A DNA stretch of 64,000 nucleotides from an uncultured Thermoleophilia bacterium (GCA_963715985.1 CAVQSP010000013.1:320001-384000); one strand, 5' to 3'; shown: positions 1 through 13,538, numbered from the stretch's first letter. A program made the numbers and translations. Notes: generated by a model not told the origin, from the letters alone.

Positions 1-606
1 GACCTGCACCATGCCGTCGTACACGGTCACCTGGTAGGCGTCGCCGCTCTTCTGCACGACCAGGCCGCCGCCGCTGCCGTCGGTGCGGCCCCAGGCGCCC
101 ACCCACGCGAAGCCGGTCGTCGGCGTCGGCGAGGGCGTCGGCGACGTGCCGCCGGTGTCGCGGAGGAGGAAGTACCACGCCGCCGCGGCGGCGGCGAGGG
201 CGAGGATGATGACGATGATCACGATCCACAGCGTGCCCGAACTGCTCTGCCTGGGCGGCCGCGACATCATCAGCGTGGGCTGCGGCCGCGGGGGCGGCGG
301 GGTCCCGCCCTCGACGCCGCCCGGAGGCACGATGCGCGTGGCGTCCTCCGAGACGCCGGCCATGACGCGGGTGTCGTCCTCGGCCTGGCCGCCCATGACG
401 CGGGTGGCCTCGTCGGCCGCCGGGGTCACGAGGGTCTCGCCCGCCTCGTCCTCCCCGGCCGCTCCGGCGGCGAAGACGGTGGTCGGCGCGGTGTCCTCGG
501 GGCTCGGCTCAGGCAGCCCGGCCTCCGCGGCAGCCTCCTCGCCCGCGTCGTGCGGCGGCAGCGCGCCTTCGTCCTGCGGCGTCACGCCCGCGTTCTCGTC
601 GTCCAT
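1..606 (-). CDS. Membrane-anchored hypothetical protein, runs off the window edge (acidic low-complexity N-terminus, one TM helix)
   Basis: Manual translation from ATG at 606 (GGAGG upstream): MDENAGVTPQD...LWIVIIVIILALAAAAAAWYFLLRDTGG...VYDGMVQV; not in the ORF track because it has no stop in the window. Confidence 0.75.
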   Translation of the reverse strand, partial: MDDENAGVTPQDEGALPPHDAGEEAAAEAGLPEPSPEDTAPTTVFAAGAAGEDEAGETLVTPAADEATRVMGGQAEDDTRVMAGVSEDATRIVPPGGVEGGTPPPPRPQPTLMMSRPPRQSSSGTLWIVIIVIILALAAAAAAWYFLLRDTGGTSPTPSPTPTTGFAWVGAWGRTDGSGGGLVVQKSGDAYQVTVYDGMVQV

Positions 607-667
607 GCTCGTCCTCCCGGCTGGGTGACGTGGGTGAGTGCTCCCGGTGCCCCTCTATTTGTCCCGC

Positions 668-1989
668 TCAGGCTGTTCCCTGTTCCACCTGCGCCCAAAG
701 CTCGAAGAACCCGGGGCAGGTCTTGCGCACGCAGCCGGGATCGTCGATGAGGACGCCCGGCGTACGCAGGCCGAGGACGGCGAACGCCATGGCGATGCGG
801 TGGTCGCCGTGCGGGTCCACGTGGCCGCCGTGCGGGGCCCCGGGGAACACGCGGAGGTAGTCCGCGCCGGACTCGGTGCGCACGCCAAGGGCGATGCAGG
901 TTGGCCTCCATGGCGGCGATGCGGTCCGATTCCTTGAGGCGCACGTTGGCGATGCCGGTCACGGTGACCGGGGAGGTGGCGTAGGGCGCCAGGGCCGCCA
1001 GCGTCATGAACGTGTCGGAGATGTCGCTCATGTCCACGGTGAGGCCGGCGGGCGGAGCGGCGCCGGCCGGGCCCGCGACCGCGAGGCCGTCCGGGCCGTC
1101 GGCGACGGCGCAGCCCATCGCCTCCAGCACGTCCAGAAAGCGCACGTCGCCCTGCAGCGCGCCGTGACGGCGCAGGCCGGGCACGCGCACCCGCCCCCCG
1201 GTGACGGCCGCGGCGGCGAAGAAGTAGGAGGCCGTGGAGGCGTCCGGCTCGACCTCGTAGCAGCGCGCGCCGTAGGTGCCCGGTGTGACACGGAAGAAGC
1301 TGTGTCCATCCTGGTCCACCGCGGCGCCGAAGGCGGCCATCATGCGGAGGGTCATGTCCACATACGGCCTGCTGACGAGCCCGTCCACGGTGAGCTCGAG
1401 GGCGTTCCGCGCCGAGCGGCGCCGCCATGAGCAGCGCCGAGACGAATTGGCTCGAGGTGTCGCCGGGCAGCCTGAGGGCGCCGCCGTCGAGCCCGCTCGC
1501 CCGCAGCTCCAGGGGCAGGTGCTCGGCCTCGGCCGGCTCAGTGCGCGCGCCCTGGGCACGGAGCGCGTCGAGCAGTTGGGCGAGCGGGCGCCGGCGCAAC
1601 TGCGCCGAGGCGTCGAAGCGGTACGTGCCGGACCCGGCGGCGCATGCCGCCAGCAGGAAGCGGGCGGCCGTGCCGGCGTCGGCGCAGTACACGTCCGCCT
1701 GGGCGGCCGGGACCCGGCCCCCGCCGCCGTCCACGCGCCACACGGCGGCGCCGGCCTCGTGTACGGCGAAGCCGAGTGCCCGCAGCCCGTCCGCGAACGC
1801 CAGTGTGTCGTCGGCGCTGAGTACGCCGCGCAACTCGGAGGTGCCCTTCGCCAGCGCGGCCAGCAGCAGCGCCCTGTTGGTCACGCTCTTGGAGCCGGGT
1901 ACGCGGACGGTGACGTCGAGGTCGCGGCGCGCCGGGCGGATGAGCCGGGGCGGAAGCTGGTCCTCGAACCTGTCGGCGGGCGCGTCCAT
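668..1989 (-). CDS. aroA: 3-phosphoshikimate 1-carboxyvinyltransferase (EPSP synthase), two apparent frameshifts (~1420, ~890)
   Basis: Motifs VPGSKSVTNRALLLAALA, DAGTAARF, SSQFVSALLM, RLKESDRI, DHRIAMAF, CVRKTCPGFF spread over three frames. Confidence 0.9.
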
Positions 1990-1996
1990 GTGCCGC

Positions 1997-2941
1997 TCAG
2001 CCTCTGAGGTCCTTGGCGTAGAGCTCGTAGGTGAAGGTGACGTGCATGCCCGCCTGCTCGTACAGGAGCAGCGGCTGGGTGGCGCCCTTCGCATCCACGC
2101 CCAGCTCCACGCGGAGCTGGCCCCTGGCGGCGAGCTGCGCGAAGGCGTCCGTGAGCAGCGCCCTGCCCAGGCCGCGCCGCCGCCAGGCGCTCCGCACGCC
2201 CACACCCTGCACCCACGCCAGGTCGCCGTGGTCGTAGGCGATCAGCCCCCCGGCGGCCTCGTCGCCGTCCCACGCCAGGGCCCACAGGTCCGGGTCGAAG
2301 TCGGCGTGGCCCATGAGGCGCTGCTTCCACGCCTCGAACGGCTCCTCGCTCTGGCGGAAGTGATCCGTGAAGGCGTCGTTCATCGTGTCGCGCATCGCTG
2401 CCGCGTCGTCGGCGGCGCGGAAGCGGCGGATCTCGATGCCCTCGGGCACCGGCGCCGGCTCCACCTCGCCGGTGAGGTCGATGGCCATGCGGTAGACGGT
2501 GCGGCGCAGCTCGTAGCCGCGGCGCCGCAACAGGTCGCGCTTGCGGTGGTCCACGCCGATGCAGAAGATGTCCAGCGAGGCGGACGCGTAGCCGCGCTCG
2601 CCGGCCAGCACCCGGGCGCGGCGCTCCGTGAGCGCCAGCAGCCTGTCGGCGAGCTCCGGTTCGGCATGCTCGGGATGCACCCACACGTCCGCCTCGAGCT
2701 CGCCGGTCCGGTGCTGGTCGCCGGCGTATGCGTAGCCTACCGGCAGGCCCCCTTTCACCTCGGCGAGCCACGTGTCGCGCCCCATGTCGAAGCCGCTCAT
2801 GTTCCAGTCCGTCTCCACGTCGGCCGCGGCTGTGTCGGGGGCGCCGGTGAGGGCCACGTCGCAGGCGTTGAGCAGGTCGACGACCTCGGGGAGGTCGCCG
2901 CGCGTGGCGGGGCGGATGTGGCTGGGGCCGGCGCTCGTCAT
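1997..2941 (-). CDS. Tandem-domain GNAT acetyltransferase (MshD-like architecture)
   Basis: C-terminal part of ORF 1997..3559 from MTSAGPS; VHPEH, VGVRSAWRRRGLGRALL and LYEQAGM motifs. Confidence 0.8.
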   Translation of the reverse strand: MTSAGPSHIRPATRGDLPEVVDLLNACDVALTGAPDTAAADVETDWNMSGFDMGRDTWLAEVKGGLPVGYAYAGDQHRTGELEADVWVHPEHAEPELADRLLALTERRARVLAGERGYASASLDIFCIGVDHRKRDLLRRRGYELRRTVYRMAIDLTGEVEPAPVPEGIEIRRFRAADDAAAMRDTMNDAFTDHFRQSEEPFEAWKQRLMGHADFDPDLWALAWDGDEAAGGLIAYDHGDLAWVQGVGVRSAWRRRGLGRALLTDAFAQLAARGQLRVELGVDAKGATQPLLLYEQAGMHVTFTYELYAKDLRG

Positions 2942-2946
2942 GAGCC

Positions 2947-3525
2947 TCAGTCTACCTTGGTGAGCACGATGGAACGCTCCGCGAGGCTGACCTTGATGAC
3001 CCCGATGAACGTTCCCTCCACGGTCAGCGTGAGGTGCGCGGCGTCGCGGCGTGCGAACACCAGACGGAAGTCCCTGACGATGGCCGCGAACGTGTCGCGC
3101 ACCTGCATGGCCGTGGCGGCGTCGCCCGCGGCCGCGGCGAAGTCGTCGGCCGTCACCACCAGGTCCTCGCCGTCCTTGTGCGCGGCGACGGTGAAGGTCT
3201 GCGCGACGCCGGAGGCGTCCTTGCCTGTGAACGTCGCCTCGATGTGACGCCCGGGCCCGCTGATGACGACCCGGCTGATGGGCGACTCCGTGGCCGCCCA
3301 CGTGCCGGCAAACGGGTTGCCCGTGTCGCGCAGCAGGAAGAACCACAGGCCGAAGACGACGACCGCGGCCACGGCGACCGCGACCCAGGCCCAGCGCGGT
3401 ACCCTCAGTGCGGGCCCGCGCGGGCCGGGCGCGCGCCCTGCCGCCGCCTTGAGCGGCGGTGCCGGCGCGCCCGGCGGCTCCAGTGGCCGGAACTGCCCGC
3501 CGCCCTGCCCGCTGCCCTCGGTCAC
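2947..3525 (-). CDS. Membrane-anchored hypothetical protein
   Basis: 192 aa, single TM (WAWVAVAVAAVVVFGLWFFLL); GAGGAG upstream of GTG. Confidence 0.7.
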   Translation of the reverse strand: MTEGSGQGGGQFRPLEPPGAPAPPLKAAAGRAPGPRGPALRVPRWAWVAVAVAAVVVFGLWFFLLRDTGNPFAGTWAATESPISRVVISGPGRHIEATFTGKDASGVAQTFTVAAHKDGEDLVVTADDFAAAAGDAATAMQVRDTFAAIVRDFRLVFARRDAAHLTLTVEGTFIGVIKVSLAERSIVLTKVD

Positions 3526-3690
3526 GATCGCTCCTCTCCCGGTCGCCGGGATCGCTCACGCCTCACCGGTCACCCCCGGGTCTTCCCGCCGTATGGCCGC
3601 GCGACGCGGCGCCACCGTGACTGATACTCCCCGGTACGGGGAATCTCCCGCGCAGTATGGGTCGGCCGCGCGAGCGGGTGAGGAGGCGCG

Positions 3691-3951
3691 ATGAACATCG
3701 GCAGGTGCCCCGGACAGGACCGCATCAACTGGACCGCCGACGACATCTTCGACATCGAGTGCCCCAAGTGCGGCGGGGCCATCGAGTACTTCAAGGACGA
3801 CCAGCGGCGCAAGTGCCCCCACTGCGGCGCAGTGGTGCAGAACCCGCGCTTCGACAACGGCTGCGCCAAGTGGTGCGCTGCCGCGGAAAACTGCTCGATC
3901 ATGCGCGGCGTCCTGCTGGAAGAACCCGCCGAGGACGCCCCGCCGTCCTGA
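3691..3951 (+). CDS. Small Cys-rich zinc-ribbon protein (family often annotated 'phosphohydrolase')
   Basis: CPGQD...CPKCG...CPHCG...GCAKWC...C; GAGGAGG RBS. Confidence 0.8.
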   Translation: MNIGRCPGQDRINWTADDIFDIECPKCGGAIEYFKDDQRRKCPHCGAVVQNPRFDNGCAKWCAAAENCSIMRGVLLEEPAEDAPPS

Positions 3952-3990
3952 CGGAGCGCTCGCCGGCCCGGCGCCGGCAGCGGCCGCGCG

Positions 3991-5292
3991 TCAGAACTCC
4001 AGCTTCTCCAGCCGGCCGAAGATCACGTCGCGGCCGGCCCGGTACTGGTCCGGGTCCATCGCCGCGTCCACTTCGGCCGCCGTGAGCACCGCCATGACCT
4101 CGGCGTCGGCCTTGACGAGGTCGCCGAAGTCCACGCCCTCGCGCCAGGCGCGCATCGCCGAGTCCTGCACCACGCGGTAGGCGTCCTCGCGCAGCATGCC
4201 CTTGTCCACGAGGGCCAGCAGGACGGCCCCGCTGAACACGAGGCGGTAGCTCAGGCCCAGGTTGGCGAGCATGCGGTCCTCGTCGACGACCAGGGAATCG
4301 ACGAGCTTCGTGAACTTCTGCAGCATGTAGTCGAGCAGGATGCAGGAGTCCGGCAGCACGATGCGCTCTGCCGAGCTGTGGCTGATGTCCCGTTCGTGCC
4401 ACAGCGCCATGTTCTCCATGCCCACCACGGCGTTGCCGCGCAGCACGCGGGCGCAGCCGGCCATGCGCTCGCTGAGGATGGGGTTCCTCTTGTGGGGCAT
4501 GGCCGAGGACCCTTTCTGGCCCTTGCCGAACGCCTCCTCGGCCTCGCGCACCTCGGAGCGCTGCAGGTGCCGCACCTCGGTGGCGAACTTCTCGATGCTG
4601 GAGCCGATGATGGCGATGGCGCAGAGGAAGGCGGCGTGGCGGTCGCGCTGCACCACCTGGTTGCTGATGGGCTCGCGGCCCAGACCGAGCTCCTCGCAGA
4701 CGAGGTCCTCCACGCGAGGGTCGATGTTGTTGTACGCGCCCACCGCGCCGCTGACCTTGCCGACGCCGGCGTTCACCGTGACGATGCGCATGCGCTTGAG
4801 GTGACGGGAGACCTCGAAGGCCCACATGCCCAGCTTCATGCCGAAGGTGATGGGCTCCGCGTGGATGCCGTGCGTACGGCCCACCTGCACGGTGTCGCGG
4901 AACTCGAAGGCGCGCCGCTTGAGCACCTCCCCCAGCGCGACGAGATCGCGCTCCAGGAGGTGCCCGGAGCGCTTGATCTGCAGCGCCAGCGCCGTGTCGA
5001 GCATGTCGCTGCTGGTCATGCCGTAGTGCACGTACTTGCTGGCGTCGCCCACGTACTCGGCCACGTTGGTCAGAAAGGCGATGACGTCGTGGTTGGTGGT
5101 CGCCTCGATCTCGTTGACGCGGGCCACGTCGAAGGAGGCCTTCTCGACGATCTCCGTCACGGCCTTGTCCGGCACCTTGCCGAGCTTGTTCCACGCTTTG
5201 ACGGCGGCGATCTCGACGTCGAGCCAGGCCTGCATCTTGGCCTCTTCGGTCCAGATGCCGCCCATCTCCGGCAGGGTGTAGCGCTCGATCAT
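3991..5292 (-). CDS. purB: Adenylosuccinate lyase
   Basis: MIERYT start, GRTHGIHAEP, GSSAMPHKRNP signature. Confidence 0.97.
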   Translation of the reverse strand: MIERYTLPEMGGIWTEEAKMQAWLDVEIAAVKAWNKLGKVPDKAVTEIVEKASFDVARVNEIEATTNHDVIAFLTNVAEYVGDASKYVHYGMTSSDMLDTALALQIKRSGHLLERDLVALGEVLKRRAFEFRDTVQVGRTHGIHAEPITFGMKLGMWAFEVSRHLKRMRIVTVNAGVGKVSGAVGAYNNIDPRVEDLVCEELGLGREPISNQVVQRDRHAAFLCAIAIIGSSIEKFATEVRHLQRSEVREAEEAFGKGQKGSSAMPHKRNPILSERMAGCARVLRGNAVVGMENMALWHERDISHSSAERIVLPDSCILLDYMLQKFTKLVDSLVVDEDRMLANLGLSYRLVFSGAVLLALVDKGMLREDAYRVVQDSAMRAWREGVDFGDLVKADAEVMAVLTAAEVDAAMDPDQYRAGRDVIFGRLEKLEF

Positions 5293-5426
5293 GAGATGCC
5301 TCCGTGGTCGTGACGGCCCGATTCTCTCACACGGCAACAGGTGGGCCGGGTCTGTCGCGAAGGGAAGGGTATCGCTAGGATGGACGTACCGATCGGGTGG
5401 CGCCAAGCGAGGGAAGGGGACGGGTC

Positions 5427-5708
5427 ATGGCGACCGACGAGGAGATCCGCCAGGAGGCCATCAAGGCCGTCAAGAAGAAGCGCGACTTCAAGGGGCATCT
5501 GGTCGCCTACGCCATCGTCAACGCCTTTCTCGTGGTCGTCTGGTACTTCACCGGTGCAGGCTACTTCTGGCCGATCTGGGTGATGGGCGGCTGGGGTATC
5601 GGCGTCGCCTTCAACGCGTGGGACGCGTACGGGCGTAGCAGCGGCGCCATCAGCGAGGCCGAGATCCAGCGCGAGATAGACCGGCAGAAGGGCGCCGGCG
5701 GCGCCTGA
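5427..5708 (+). CDS. 2TM domain membrane protein
   Basis: HLVAYAIVNAFL...YFWPIWVMGGWGIG typical of the 2TM family. Confidence 0.85.
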   Translation: MATDEEIRQEAIKAVKKKRDFKGHLVAYAIVNAFLVVVWYFTGAGYFWPIWVMGGWGIGVAFNAWDAYGRSSGAISEAEIQREIDRQKGAGGA

Positions 5709-5763
5709 GGGGCGCCGCCCTGCCGCACCGTCCCCTGGACTCGCACCGCGCCGGTGGCCCGGG

Positions 5764-6141
5764 TCAGCGGACGGCGATGGCCTCGATCTCGACGCGCACG
5801 TCCTTGGGCAGCCGCGCCACCTGGACGGTGGAGCGCGCCGGGTACGGCTCGGCGAAGAACTCGGCGTACACCTCGTTGACGGCGGCGAAGTCGTCCATGT
5901 CCTTGAGGAAGATGGTGGTCTTGACCACGTCGTCCATACGCAGGCCGGCGGCGGCCAGCGTCACGCGCATGTTCTCGAGCGCCTTGCGTGTCTGGTCTTT
6001 GGGCGTGAAGCCGACGATCCTGCCGTCGTGATCAAGCGGGATCTGGCCGGAGAGGAAGACGAACTCGCCGACGCCGACGGCCGGGGAGTATGGGCCGACG
6101 GCGGGGGCGCCGTCGGGCGCTGCGAACACGTTCTTCTGCAT
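5764..6141 (-). CDS. ridA: RidA family enamine/imine deaminase
   Basis: GPYSPA, FLSGQIP, NEVYAEFF..PYPARS, VEIEAIA. Confidence 0.9.
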   Translation of the reverse strand: MQKNVFAAPDGAPAVGPYSPAVGVGEFVFLSGQIPLDHDGRIVGFTPKDQTRKALENMRVTLAAAGLRMDDVVKTTIFLKDMDDFAAVNEVYAEFFAEPYPARSTVQVARLPKDVRVEIEAIAVR

Positions 6142-6166
6142 CGCGGGACGTCCTTTCTGGAGAGGG

Positions 6167-6283
6167 TCAGGTGAAGAGCGCGCGGATGGCCACGTACGCG
6201 ATGAGCACGGCCATCACGAGGACGGCCAGGTAGATGAAGGTGGAGACCGTCCTGGGGTTCGGGGGGCGATAGTCGCGAGGCAT
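6167..6283 (-). CDS. 38-aa single-TM small protein
   Basis: Manual translation MPRDYRPPNPRTVSTFIYLAVLVMAVLIAYVAIRALFT; fills the gap between two Rid genes; GC-rich third positions. Confidence 0.6.
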   Translation of the reverse strand: MPRDYRPPNPRTVSTFIYLAVLVMAVLIAYVAIRALFT

Positions 6284-6287
6284 CGGC

Positions 6288-6674
6288 TCAGTAGCGCACG
6301 GCCACGGCCGTCACCTGCAGGCGCGCCCCCCCGGGCAGCCAGGCAGCCCCTGCGACCGTGCGTGCAGGATACGGTTCGGTGAAGTACTCGCGGCAGACCT
6401 CGTCCACGGCGTCAAGGTCGGAGGGGTCGACGAGATCGATGGTGAGCGCAGCCACGGTGTCGAGCCCGAGGCCGGTGGCGCGCAGCTGATGCGCGAGGTT
6501 GTCGAGGGCGCGGCGGGCCTGCTCGGCGGCCGAGCCGCCGGGCACGTGACCGCGCCCGTCCGCGGGCAGCTGAGCCGAGACGAAGACGAGGCGCCCCGCG
6601 GAGACGGCCGCCGAAGCGGGGCCGTCGGGCGGTGGGGCGAGCGCGGATCTGAAACCGTGAAGTGTCATGTGCAT
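6288..6674 (-). CDS. Divergent RidA family protein
   Basis: VFVSAQLP, QARRALDNL, YFTEPYPART, LPGGA. Confidence 0.8.
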   Translation of the reverse strand: MHMTLHGFRSALAPPPDGPASAAVSAGRLVFVSAQLPADGRGHVPGGSAAEQARRALDNLAHQLRATGLGLDTVAALTIDLVDPSDLDAVDEVCREYFTEPYPARTVAGAAWLPGGARLQVTAVAVRY

Positions 6675-6766
6675 AGTCTTCCCCGTGGGGGACAAGGCAG
6701 CGACACGGCGGGGCTGCGGCGCCTGAGCGGCGCTCCGCGCGCCGCGACGTCGGCCTCCGGCGGCCC

Positions 6767-7216
6767 TCAGACGTCGAGGATGCGGGCCGCGAGGATCGCC
6801 GCGTTGCGGGCGCCGTTGATGGCCACGCACGCCACCGGCACGCCCGGCGGCATCTGCACGATGCTCAGCAGCGAGTCGAGGCCGCCCAGGTCGCTGGTCT
6901 TGATGGGCACGCCGATGACCGGCACGTTGGTGTACGAGGCCAGCACGCCGGGCAGGGCCGCGGCCTTGCCGGCGCCGCCGATCAGCACCTTGATGCCGCG
7001 GGACTGGGCCGTGCGCGCGTAGTGCGCCACCTTGTCGGGGTCGCGGTGGGCCGAGAGCACGTTCACTTCGTACCTGATCTTGCGCCCGTCCAGCTCCTTG
7101 CAGGCTGCCTCCATCACCTCGCGGTCGCTCTCGCTGCCCATGACGATGCCCACCAGCACGGGGTCCATGTCGATGCCCTGCAGGATCGTCTCGACCTCGG
7201 TCTTTACCTCTTCCAC
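6767..7216 (-). CDS. purE: N5-carboxyaminoimidazole ribonucleotide mutase
   Basis: [26 protein letters not shown]. Confidence 0.95.
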   Translation of the reverse strand: MEEVKTEVETILQGIDMDPVLVGIVMGSESDREVMEAACKELDGRKIRYEVNVLSAHRDPDKVAHYARTAQSRGIKVLIGGAGKAAALPGVLASYTNVPVIGVPIKTSDLGGLDSLLSIVQMPPGVPVACVAINGARNAAILAARILDV

Positions 7217-7228
7217 CTCGGGCTCCTC

Positions 7229-8546
7229 TCACTTCACCGGCGGTGCCGGGAACAGATCGAGCTCGCCGGCCTGCGCCTTCACGGCGCGCTCGGCGATGTC
7301 GCGACGGACCTGCATGCCGTCGAAGCTGATGAGGCCGGCGGCCTCGTAGGCGCGTGCGCGGGCGGCGGCGAAGCCCTCGCCCAGCGCGCTGACGGCGAGC
7401 ACGCGCCCGCCGGCGGTGACCACGTCACCGCCACTGAGCGCCGTGCCGGCGTGGTACACGGTGACGTCGTCGAGCGCCGCGGCGCCGGCCAGCCCGCTGA
7501 TGATGTCACCCCTGTGGCTGCTCGCCGGATACCCGGCCGACGCCATCACCACGGTGACGCACTCGCGGGGCTTCCAGGTCGGCGCGCACGCCGGCCAGCT
7601 CGCCGGACGCGGCCGCGGCGCAGAGCTCGAGCAGGTCGCTGTCCAGGCGCGGAAGCACCGCCTGGGTCTCCGGGTCGCCGAAGCGGCAGTTGAACTCGAG
7701 CACTTTGACGCCGGCGGAGGTGACGATGAGGCCGGCGTACATCACGCCACGGAAGCGGATGCCGCGCTCGCGCAGGGCGGCCATGGTCGGCTCGACGACC
7801 TGCGCCATGGCCGCGTCCACGGCCGCCGTCTCGAACCCGGGCACCGGGCAGTAGCTGCCCATGCCGCCGGTGTTGGGGCCCTGGTCGCCGGCGAAGATGC
7901 GCTTGTAGTCCTGCGCCGGCGCCAGCGGCACGGCGTTGACGCCGTCGCAGAGCACCAGCAGCGACACCTCAGAGCCCTGGAGGTACTCCTCGATGATCAC
8001 CACGTCGCCGGCGTCGCCGAAGGCGTGCTCGACGAAGCAGCTCTCCACGGCCGCACGGGCGGCCTCGTAGTCCTCGCAGATCATCACGCCCTTGCCGGCG
8101 GCGAGCCCGTCGGCCTTCACGACCAGCGGGTAGGTGTCGCGCGAGGCGAGGTGCTCCAGCGCGGGGGCGAGGGCTTCGTGACGGCTGTACAGCCCGGTGG
8201 CCACGTGGCCGGCGCGCATCACCTCTTTGGCGAACACCTTGCTGCCCTCGAGTTGCGCGCCCTCCAGGGACGGGCCGAAGACGGCGAGCCCGTGCTCCTC
8301 GAAGAGGTCGGTGATACCGGCCACCAGCGGGGCCTCCGGCCCCACCACGGTGAGGTCCACCTGCTCGCGGCTGGCGAAGTCCAGCAGCGCCGGCAGGTCC
8401 TCCGAGCCGAGGGGGATGTTGTCCGCCTCGGCGGCCGTGCCCGCGTTGCCCGGGGCACAGAAGATGCGCTCGGCCAGAGGCGAGCGGGCGAATGAGTGGA
8501 CGAGGGCGTGCTCCCGTCCGCCGCCGCCGACAACGAGCACGCGCAT
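7229..8546 (-). CDS. purD: Phosphoribosylamine--glycine ligase, apparent frameshift ~7570-7590
   Basis: GGGGREHA, KADGLAAGKGV, NTGGMG, EFNCRFGDPETQ; C-terminus (MASAGYP...GGRVL) in another frame. Confidence 0.93.
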
Positions 8547-8694
8547 GTGCCCTCCCGTGAGTGGTCTGGAGTAGCGCCGGGAGGCGCTGGCGCCGCCCGG
8601 CCGTTCGCTGGCAGTCTACCCGCGCGGGGCGCGCTTGGGGAGGGGCCGTCTCAGCACGCGCCGCGGCCGCCCGCCCCGCCCCGCCGTCGGCGCG

Positions 8695-11453
<2,759 letters not shown>

Positions 11454-11608
11454 GGGCATCTGGGGGGAGGTCGGGCGAAGGGCAGAAGGAGGTTCCCTCT
11501 TCGGGATGATAGCCGGGCCGCGAACCCATGACAAACACGGCGCGTCTCGAAGACCGAGGACGTCCCGCCGCTGGGCGGCGGTGGTCCGAGATGACTGCGG
11601 AGGACGAG

Positions 11609-12052
11609 ATGAGGATCGAGGCGACAAGGCATGCGGCGGGGTGGGTCGCCGCGCTCGCGGTCGCGGCGGTGGCGGTGAGCCTTCTTGCCGGCTGCGGGGG
11701 CGGCGGCAGCGAGGCGACGAGCACCCCGAAGACCATCGAGCTCACCAAGGTGGAGACCGGTACGACCCTCGACGCGAACGTCGGCGACACCGTGGTCATG
11801 CACCTGGACGCCAACGCCACCACCGGCTACTCGTGGGAGTTCACGGCCGGCGATACGTTCACCATCGAGACCAACGACTACGTCCCGGACCCCAATCCCT
11901 CCGGCCTGGCGGGGAAGGGCGGTACGCAGGTGGTCAAGCTCAAGGTCACCAAGGCCGGGCAGTCCGACCTCACGGGCACCTACCGGCACCAGTGGGAGAC
12001 GCCGTCGCCGGACGCCGCGCCCGACTTCACGATGACGATCGTCAGTAAGTAA
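11609..12052 (+). CDS. Lipoprotein, chagasin/I42 protease-inhibitor family
   Basis: Lipobox LLAGC; ANATTGYSW, GKGG and YRHQWE chagasin motifs. Confidence 0.85.
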   Translation: MRIEATRHAAGWVAALAVAAVAVSLLAGCGGGGSEATSTPKTIELTKVETGTTLDANVGDTVVMHLDANATTGYSWEFTAGDTFTIETNDYVPDPNPSGLAGKGGTQVVKLKVTKAGQSDLTGTYRHQWETPSPDAAPDFTMTIVSK

Positions 12053-12293
12053 GGGTCTGAGCCCCGCGGCCGAAGGGCCTCGGGGCGCAGATGCCCCGGT
12101 CACGGGTGGGGCGGGCGGCTCGGCCGGCCCAGCGGAGCCGCCCGCCGCGCCCGGGGCCAACGTCCCGGCGCACGCGGCCGCCCGCCAACCCCACGGGCGG
12201 GCGGCCGTTCTCCCTCCTTCCCACGGCCGTCTTGTCTCGGCGCCGCGCTGCGGGTAGCCTCCAGCCGGCACCGACCCCGACCGTGAGGTGAGC

Positions 12294-12797
12294 ATGTCCG
12301 ACCCGGTCTTCAGCCGCCGCAGCATCCGCAGCTACACCGACGAGGCCGTGTCCGAGCAGGACGTGGAGCGCCTGTTGCGCGCCGCCATGGCGGCGCCCTC
12401 CGCCGGCAACCAGCAGCCGTGGACCTTCGTCGTGGTGCGGGAACGCGCGACGCTGGACGCCGTCCCCGGGTTCCACCCGTACGCGGCCATGATGCCCAAG
12501 GCCCCCGCGGCCATCGTGGTCTGCGGCCACCCTGGAGGCTGCAAGTGGCCGCAGATGTGGGTCCAGGACTGCTCCGCGGCCACCGAGAACATCCTCGTCG
12601 AGGCCGCGGCGCTCGGCCTGGGTGCCGTCTGGCTCGGTGTGCACCCTCTGGAGGAGCGCGAGCGCGGCGCCCGCGCGCTTCTCGGCATCCCCGACCACAT
12701 CGTGCCGTTCGCCATCGTCCCCGTCGGTCACCCGGCGGAGCGCAAGGAGCCTTCGGACCGGTACGACCCGGCCCGGGTGCATCTCGAGCGCTGGTGA
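12294..12797 (+). CDS. Nitroreductase family protein
   Basis: RRSIRSY, APSAGNQQPW, QDCSAATENIL, GLGAVWLG. Confidence 0.93.
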   Translation: MSDPVFSRRSIRSYTDEAVSEQDVERLLRAAMAAPSAGNQQPWTFVVVRERATLDAVPGFHPYAAMMPKAPAAIVVCGHPGGCKWPQMWVQDCSAATENILVEAAALGLGAVWLGVHPLEERERGARALLGIPDHIVPFAIVPVGHPAERKEPSDRYDPARVHLERW

Positions 12798-12898
12798 AGC
12801 GGCCGGCGGCGCCGCGGCGCGGCCGCCTCCCAACGGTGTAGCCTCGAGGTCCGCGGGTAGGCACAAGATGTCGGCGAATCGCGGATCGGAGGCCAGCT

Positions 12899-13405
12899 AT
12901 GGAGGATCCCGTTCTGGAGAGGCGCAGCATCCGCAAATTCACCGATCAGCCGGTGTCAGACGACCACGTCACCACGCTCCTCAAGGCGGCGATGAGCGCG
13001 CCATCGGCCGGCAACGAGCAGCCGTGGCACTTTGTCGTCATCCGCGAGCGCTCGCTGCTCGACGCCGTCGCCAGTTTCCACCCCTACGCGCGCATGATCA
13101 CGCAGGCGCCCGTGGCCATCCTCGTGTGCGGGGACCTCGAACGCGAGAAGAGCAAGGGCTTCTGGGTCGAGGACTGCTCGGCCGCCACCGAGAACATCCT
13201 CATCGAGGCGCAGCAGATCGGCCTCGGGAGCGTGTGGCTGGGCGTCTACCCGCGCGAAGACCGCGTGGAGAACATGCGGCGCATCATCGCCGGCATGCCC
13301 GAGAATGCGGTGCCGTTCGCCCTGGTGCCGGTCGGCTACCCGGCCGAAAGCAAGCGCCCGTCCGACCGCTGGGACGAGTCGCGGGTGCATTACGGGCGCT
13401 GGTGA
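12899..13405 (+). CDS. Nitroreductase family protein (paralog of upstream gene)
   Basis: RRSIRKF, APSAGNEQPW, EDCSAATENIL. Confidence 0.93.
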   Translation: MEDPVLERRSIRKFTDQPVSDDHVTTLLKAAMSAPSAGNEQPWHFVVIRERSLLDAVASFHPYARMITQAPVAILVCGDLEREKSKGFWVEDCSAATENILIEAQQIGLGSVWLGVYPREDRVENMRRIIAGMPENAVPFALVPVGYPAESKRPSDRWDESRVHYGRW

Positions 13406-13538
13406 GGACGCGGCGCAGACGGCGCTCACAGTTTGCCGGGCCGTCGCCCGGGGTACTTCCGCAAGCGACCCGTGACGCGGCGGTCGCCGCCCGGCGGCCC
13501 GGCGCCGCAGAGACAGGCACCGCCCCACGGGTCCTCTG

